From the IMG/VR virus record IMGVR_UViG_3300031669_000012, positions 3,008-67,007 of that record: a stretch of DNA of 64,000 nucleotides; one strand, written 5' to 3'. Source of the DNA: a virus. Position numbers and translations under genes: made by a program. A model generated the notes under the pieces. That model made no database searches and had not been told where the DNA came from. It saw nothing but the letters and a program-made list of their open reading frames with translations. Of the stretch, positions 62,301 through 64,000 are shown piece by piece (within the stretch, counting starts at the first letter, position 1; each line of letters opens with the position of its first letter).

Positions 62301-62543
62301 AGTGAAAGAATTGTAGATGATACTTTTTCAATTCTATATACTCTTACAACATATCCTTTCTTAAATCCTGAAGATAGAGTTTTCAGTAATGGAATGTATA
62401 ACGGTGAAGATAAACTTAAAATCGCTATAATGAAGAACACTCCTTTGTTTAGACAGTATCATAAGATGATGTATATTCCTTTATATAACAATTGGTATAA
62501 AGCCTATAATCCAATTTATATTTCCTCTAGTAAAAAAAATTAG
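47346..62543 (+). CDS. Giant virion-packaged DNA-dependent RNA polymerase polyprotein (5065 aa) with accessory domains
   Basis: Catalytic DFDID at 54741-54755 (aa 2466-2470), GIRIPVEGKQS, SAEKVG, KLPGFH; crAss-type C-terminal region. The N-terminus has ART-like, HExxH and Walker A domains. Confidence 0.92.
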   Translation: MKCEIIPQVRNLQDELVDSNLFANLLKSNDRETAKELYAYVHSPKFKETYGDWELKKNIQLNRYTDDESAVFLSRYNGNLDNIKLKIDIDENGEPIFNNEDLSNSQHNEKEINSIFEQNLELSDIGSQEQYSEYLNTIFPNSKVKDILYHGSNTSNLESLDPSKAGTLLHSSMGKGVYISNNKNVADRYKGKIPISQMNEILKNNPEYKGDFSEFAEGQTYALLINAENLNTDYTKVNDPNVFVSYIEPINSATGKTMQSEYIVKDSSKIHILGSKQDIKGFKEWIKNNIDNTSFLPIFNNDVREDISNNNVGLSKEQIVKEKEAQRILNYLSKKYMIDGALTSMGEFSSYGRFDRTRLKILINRDTTLDDSGNLGFKNLNNIKRSSIFHEYLHPFVEILEKANPELYEELHKSAEVLNKEQPFAEINHYDATQQKEELIVRYLDRLSKDDGAPTLLQKFITWLSSFIHSKRINDKETLQNLSKDTTVEQLYNIFKNYGNLKDEITKVIEQDSLKKELELNKKLLNIAIEEKLPNENIQNYKDEIEKLESLINRYDKSNVQYKLKAVNILQSDAAKQVFAKGNKNGWDLNKILTELQIPKEQKQLVIDSYNEGNKTPEQLAIDIASKYGYNVEVNTAKNVTKQFGAFEQEPGIPMEAIMQSRYSTESEKGNPTSYYANLTVPGGINYTENEISTPLITPSIKGHAQFATDKGIGWFRSDEQNYKGEADVILPIGTSGSGKSTFIKTLPQENLVVIEPDVMRVEFTGDVNDKSKDKEIYEEAAKRAITAIKRGKQVVFDTTNLTKNKRTPFINAIKKALPTANIQYKLMELNPELAKQRIKAQIAKGENRANVPDSTIDRHAESYKQMLEDIKSEPISEYKDKQPTKTRRILELQSDLFQKGRDKNKLAGIGEDESFLKPIKGTEDELGIPDFEKDTDLIRQNQFLQLLNKDNNWVTFFIKSIIQDSAKKGYEKVLFPTGETAAKVEGHETIANEIEKKNKELDKWNDTSYVISHDLEDKTKFDWWDKEGDNMTYHYYKLNDKYYKSGTLISKDEFENKYNELLQNDKDKFENNKQENIDRITKEKQELKSQGIEKLKPIEAFYEIKVGNILEKQFGKDNIKTITDEYGNQWREITLDKNRDLEDIMFPKNSEDISSNSLPYTPDYKFHQHEINHTNKLISRIAIDILPELKNLKVEDLANNISVKNSIISALQTILNSKIDNNSITNSQLEFVNKVIDDLKMKDSEIYNNFKLYFNSNYNIKINDLEDLTDENGNVTDEITKAWADEGQLEENLMDKVSNFIKFKIANLRNVPSELSGISDGVDINEIWSVLQTVHANDITPEDYMDTLDVISKLNETLIPLKSLILSDEIFKNAYISTFKKSINETFAITFESENKKILADYAIQNRNSFPSNVLYDKYLYSLKYFTQHGDTAKFNTILKQIKDRIKNDNSKITSLEASRLLEAMGINIPAIGLDIINEYKLKFLNSNIEQLKSTIGVDTTPAELNKINKDIEDLQYQKENARFLNIANPIVKLAENISEMIKDEKVKFDSRGDLRKIATISSIVNSHKGDFSFLDVNGNKRFSVDYPSFITDMFKEASASTLGIQQAFGKYIEISKNKYSNWLVNTAGKNTPNGIFNLDETGQINKLNPVNVSFFSNKFAISFFNGIKNLTEEKGSTYDEMVQGLWDYATIVSFLTGDYNSKGEQETAYYRIPSSDSPRMLTIKAPVFTVTDLIKYDTNFKVVGLNKEHSTFQTLRNTMLQELEEAYVARDAIYDPILKDGRIIGFKPKELYDASNPENALHTLHDVKHCKLNGEEIQILDNNKMPIGRVYKMTNLSYKVDGKEYTFEDYLKEKYKTLNLLTYNNFEEAKASLKTSMDEFIDTTITKRINDNTNNFESLREIIGNTSLRVPGRKRESKSIINSDKDFNDIVAKFTVNDYLAMVEINNMFLGNNSEYGSSDKWNKRVGQGIKKGQQLNSDRLFNALTVNDIFYDSPIFKQIEEVSGKTVANMFKHIDASDAFSYITIEEYEHRLREAGIIESYKPILEALKNRDVAFNPALYNKFLESLKFFYYDRDVKELPYKQMVSVQQKNSTMVLAPALIKNTDLENLYNDMKLNNVDQINFKSAEKVGGTVPVDIFKNGKYVPLSSSIVEQEVIPSKVSGLKLQLEVKPHLMDEVNKLAIQLSKSIFTNVQLENEIYKIGDETVSGQKLFDDYNKILATNIKESALGLLKSWGAVQNGEIRSDENGNIIVDITKISKQLLQYVMNESLDNNALAAVKMTDTGESAMPIYAPIHYKKFSSILLSKITKNIIEQKLPGFHSPIVPNVLFNPSNVSSDSKMDMKELVEKGQITYLNSVKEDIIAGKRTSNLKYEIVEKEDGKHLEVECVVNPWDSKFIKYDEKHNPIGYMDINDIPEEALHLLGIRIPVEGKQSMVYFKVVGFLNSGATQIVFPSELITQTGWDFDIDSLFAYTKNLEFNKDGKLQVVKYSNDNEELFNAWKRDRLATNLASLTDNDRAEIHNLKNIAGDIREGMDSIFKTEIQSHHANLEGMFKFQNDYIETVLNDLKDEFEIERSSKTSDPDAMTIDDTKIHDLVDLKNQLLKFADNYDIDASFGKYIDGVRLEIQNFNNKINSDTENIKKSYDDLNNLKIGKQSIEARIDKLYHKIFDNLSFEEKHTLASRQNRIVDTFTSILNNPAHLAEKIKPNEMQHSINAANLVNELYQTGAKGLNPNFYEDYNLFRNINMSIRALKGNSVGWDSIMSIMGVLGVKFREGSSVKFKLHESYLPKNFKIEDAKSKVLNVTKKGGFYTFDINTLFNNESKTWTDILDENITTQYSETTSHILDAVTKLLGFNLNIHTLPVYKLISSLPFNSQYEFNGVRENNRFVVPNLLIHQPIILEYVKGIIDKNITTSVNKKSIQQDIMNDYIARMLVQMRPILDNAVVNLKSKYNKDTYKYSASPDDLRSIMKTIYYNIEAHGGYSSFSNGILTTRVATLLQVYSDYTEHEIELGTNPIIPDIGEMIQSIKDRSSFVNVINSSYVPKLNSEQSITGKDVQSIDLQREGIKTALIQRDKPKYKEGDNVTFGNDNIIYHIDSMTRTSLSSKTSEETLSKIATAEGTNLTFLKKRVDSGSMENGVYFVKFHKTDMTTANKDAINYLATQLQTLHTYSYLDGIAQGVIAYSAILNADKKKVGPDTSISDLNEYRMRNILVDKANLKEHLLKNGYKTNQINEINRVLDSLPTNEMIPFLENEVGYSAPSILTLDDHSLIESVYEAFNTEESKYPILNAFYENGQRLSQKLMANLSIYDNDKFKEFKNSYLVGISNNTQLTDTNERINNFFINFMLRDLNLFTYDNENSFELNKDVATKQLRTRINSFNSSYEDNHKTLELTPENFEAFQQLTLSNKIRLIQDNPVYKEYFNNPTFENNHILNVLNIQDDKDIIESKGRIFIKIGDTSDANMTSFSMKDMYFKDPFLRDIVTDLTRYAYFNFGLSFGNNLSKFIPVELLTNPKSNLGEYGDALKGVKSQIFSQMFDPDFKQLLHQSNIDNTNINPIAYSPTKVIPGNVYAKFKLVKAAIPLGDTHLIFETNESLAFHNLAMKDYIVKLIGEDKVLFKKMAMRLENGDNLYVYYPIESHDMYEFTDAANNRNRRYKEGASEFVIAPEEFYKGMQEMYDPSVLLQIYNDTNNIKVETNMDTPEKNSVDLETHKDESTSTWSNKFKEEGRQVFYIYNENKDFSLNILKNSNEVGEIRATDYNDIVSNLNINSNKIVLSFGQDFKNKDAAVTAIAFIHSMYPEVNVGILNNSNLTSEIVNEKVNSLNVFNSNTLGRSIEQYSEDLGFDVSTKLDIHNASETMLGMLENNLRLKNMFQNRKLTFAKELNTLDDKIIKSKIGEELNKDNISSILEGMDMEIGIFTHINKTLSTIGSEFKGINTDELYKKGEESKVEFVSRLKEAQAISSMYDYIDRLDKISLSSAREEDSSTIEMINSRIAKLKEMKEESARDRKQVKEAVDTYLATIIYNTSRNSKSFNTAFEKAREGIDTSITKEELAENMIKMLRNNEDISGAMLWFDSSFNTGIAMVDNTMLEYFKYMGARDEMRDSMIDDVNELMKKLTPGVENVLSHHNKAKRTSNFTTTMFDSKNGTLISKFKWEDYRQAEREALKAFSESMKRIDALTIENDNLLKSVDPMEESEENTTINKRSSDLVKQMEVIRRNAQQNLKKFYNENRSQESLTTEEATELDSLLANNSPKIVNKWLNNHHVKEYKGKYYKIIPSDKYLNEDYAKMKDSDKEILDGIKNVIAKITKTCYGFEVSDDFFPINLSQTATSAIKQVVGYRRIYETQKELGLNDEEYFKHEFPMFNYVEFHPIYKIRPRRIGEDFEEYEDKVVKSINYKHKLKGEQAFTSLEEIRTANLKNSDLNKRDTVENMTADPYEALKLFIYQSANFKHTVDFETLFGLLLDRVKSDDFSTTQTRMKGTGVVNTLGSLLKGERDYKTVKGQDTNVAKRLETFLSTLNGEHNVRNRVEQVLAIAKQYTSLTYMSLNVTGAIKNIGQGYMNIMQEAFAKEFISHKDIGWAIKNYNITKIVASLGEEYSDDINTAIMKRFGNMLELKNENGFETNIAENNAHRILMSVNAMYFLNSAGEHFMQFTTLLAAMRSHRVLNGVFVNFNEFYNDKRKQVLGTILNKEQKESLDKYLDYMNKNNPRHSDNPDFIARWMTNNNLTDVQKTEYIQKIKEAEKAAREEFDKLETVYDQYELKDGRAVIKEGSKFTDDQSVMFERRVQQLNHSIHGIYNQIDRSKLRNSLLGDMAMQFRAWIRPNFVRYFGQRWGRSVYNEALGSFRKGAWNSMQDFITSPFKMAKYNSRELTSKQAFVNIMKAYGEFFANLRFNYRAMNIQDRQNIRRNMGNFINIAMSIAGLLLLNALSDDDEKDNPYMLSFALYELNALYNEHTELLPGIGWYKSIIQAKQYLTPSERIVDDTFSILYTLTTYPFLNPEDRVFSNGMYNGEDKLKIAIMKNTPLFRQYHKMMYIPLYNNWYKAYNPIYISSSKKN
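47628..48250 (+). repeat. Exact 17-bp in-frame direct repeat flanking the ART-like domain
   Basis: CCTATTTTCAATAATGA at 47628-47644 and 48234-48250; offset 606 nt = 202 codons. Confidence 0.85.
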
Positions 62544-62560
62544 ATCAGTAGGGGTAATTT

Positions 62561-62596
62561 AAAAAAGTCCAACTTCAATTAGTTGGACTTTTTTTT
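62561..62596. terminator. Bidirectional Rho-independent terminator between convergent blocks
   Basis: AAAAAAGTCCAACT-TCAATT-AGTTGGACTTTTTTTT, perfect inverted repeat with A and T tracts. Confidence 0.92.
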
Positions 62597-62602
62597 ATTA
62601 TA

Positions 62603-62956
62603 TTAAATAAAGCTTTTCACAATAGCTACAAAGAAACTATCTTTCAACTGTTGCTCTTTCGGCAACTGAGAATAAGGAAGATAACAAGGATGTTGTTTTT
62701 TATCAGGATCTTTTACAGGCCCATATGACCATCCATTTTCAGTCTTTTCTTTTAACCAACTATTATGACTATCTTCAGGAGTAGAATCAGGATAATGGAG
62801 ATGATATCTTACTCCACTCATAGCACTATCTTTTTGCCATTGAGGAGCATCATTCCAAGAAACTTGACTATTATCTCCAATTGATTCACAATAAACTTTA
62901 TTAACTTCATGACATGCTTTCGCAATCATCAATACTAATAAATTATCAAGTTCCAT
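62603..62956 (-). CDS. RyR-domain protein (start probably 62956)
   Basis: AKACHE...SHNSWLKEKTENGWSYGPVKDPDKKQHPCYLPYSQLP matches the ryanodine-receptor repeat pattern. Confidence 0.85.
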   Translation of the reverse strand: MELDNLLVLMIAKACHEVNKVYCESIGDNSQVSWNDAPQWQKDSAMSGVRYHLHYPDSTPEDSHNSWLKEKTENGWSYGPVKDPDKKQHPCYLPYSQLPKEQQLKDSFFVAIVKSFI

Positions 62957-62957
62957 A

Positions 62958-63485
62958 TTATTCTTTTTTATCAGTTGAACCAAATCCACCCTCACCTCTA
63001 TCACTTTGAGTATTTTCTAGAAACGAATGTAGATCATTATATTCAAAAACAACGTCCCATTCAGGACAATTCTCATATTTTGCAAATACTCCTTGAGCAA
63101 TTTTCATTCTATCTTTTATGATAATTGGAAGTCTACTCAAATTAATAAGTAAAACTCCAACATCTCCTCTATAATCAGAATCAACTGTTCCAGGAGAATT
63201 AACCATTCCAAGACCTAATTTTAAAGCATTGCCACTTCTAGGTCTAACCTGAAATTCAATTCCTTTTGCAAGAGCCATTCTAACACCTGTTGGGAATAAA
63301 CCTCTTTGTAATGGCATAAGTGTTACAGTCTTATTCGCCATATCAACTTTGCCATCCCAAGCCTCAGCATTAAAGCCATCAAAATTAAATTTTAAATCCC
63401 ATCCAGCACTGCCATCTGTTGCTCGAACAGGTCTCAAATCTTCAGATTCAAGAAACATTGAAAAAGTTGAAAAAATTGCTTTCAT
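62958..63485 (-). CDS. dut: Trimeric dUTPase
   Basis: AGWDL, RPRSG, GTVDSDYRG, IAQGV and RGEGGFGST motifs. Confidence 0.95.
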   Translation of the reverse strand: MKAIFSTFSMFLESEDLRPVRATDGSAGWDLKFNFDGFNAEAWDGKVDMANKTVTLMPLQRGLFPTGVRMALAKGIEFQVRPRSGNALKLGLGMVNSPGTVDSDYRGDVGVLLINLSRLPIIIKDRMKIAQGVFAKYENCPEWDVVFEYNDLHSFLENTQSDRGEGGFGSTDKKE

Positions 63486-63486
63486 T

Positions 63487-64000
63487 CTAAATTTGATTAA
63501 TTAGTTTAAGACTTTGATTCATTTTACCATCAATGATTCCATAAAGTATATTATCAAATCGGTCATCTTCAGTCTTATAATTCTTAGCATTATGATAATA
63601 ACTGCTAATACCATTGTATAACCACAAACCTGTCATTTGATTAAATTGTTGTCCAGAAGCTTTATTGACATGAGTATATGTGTTATTCATCTCGTTTATT
63701 TTTCGAGTAGATATTTCCTTAATTCCTCTCAAATCAAAGTTTGCACTTTTGGCAAGAGTAAATTCGTCTTTATTTAAATTTAACAATGCAATAGTTTGTA
63801 AAAGATCTGGTTTAGTTATTCTTTTAAGACGTAGAACTTCAAGTTGTTCTTTAAAATCACGAATATAATTACCATTCATTTTTAGAATAGTCTGGACATC
63901 TGTCAAACCATCTCTCACATTCTTAGTATGTCTAAAAGAAACTCTTCTAGCAATAACAGAATTTGTTAAAGCCATATTCATTGTATTTTCACATACAACT
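63487..64000 (-). CDS. DUF932-family protein, partial (extends beyond right edge)
   Basis: The frame continues upstream as VVCENTMNMAL (RVVCxNT motif), then FRHT; C-terminal TGLWLYNGISSY. Confidence 0.7.
   Translation of the reverse strand, partial: VVCENTMNMALTNSVIARRVSFRHTKNVRDGLTDVQTILKMNGNYIRDFKEQLEVLRLKRITKPDLLQTIALLNLNKDEFTLAKSANFDLRGIKEISTRKINEMNNTYTHVNKASGQQFNQMTGLWLYNGISSYYHNAKNYKTEDDRFDNILYGIIDGKMNQSLKLINQI

Overview
The window is about 64 kb of an AT-rich lytic phage genome. Gene content and order identify it as a crAss-like phage (Crassvirales). The host is probably Bacteroidota, from TAnnTTTG promoter elements and A-rich starts without Shine-Dalgarno sites. It uses the standard genetic code: genes end in TAA, TAG and TGA, and the 15-kb gene is uninterrupted. 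From 1-4352 the minus strand carries small genes (thyX and unknowns) and a highly structured candidate ncRNA at 278-398. The roughly 0.9-kb divergent intergenic region has tandem repeats and an AT-rich tract. From 5239-62543 the plus strand carries the virion block: GroES-like, HU/IHF-like, PD-(D/E)xK nuclease, putative endolysin and spanins, TerS?/TerL, portal, scaffold-like protein, major capsid protein, conserved crAss structural genes, a 10-kb fibre/holin block, ring and muzzle proteins, three cargo proteins, and a 5065-aa virion RNA polymerase (DFDID). Convergent minus-strand genes follow (RyR-domain protein, dUTPase, DUF932). The most notable feature is the vRNAP N-terminus, which carries ADP-ribosyltransferase-like, zincin and P-loop kinase domains. 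The ART domain is bracketed by an exact in-frame 17-bp direct repeat, which suggests swappable effector cassettes in an injected polymerase. All family assignments come from motifs read by eye; no database search was run.
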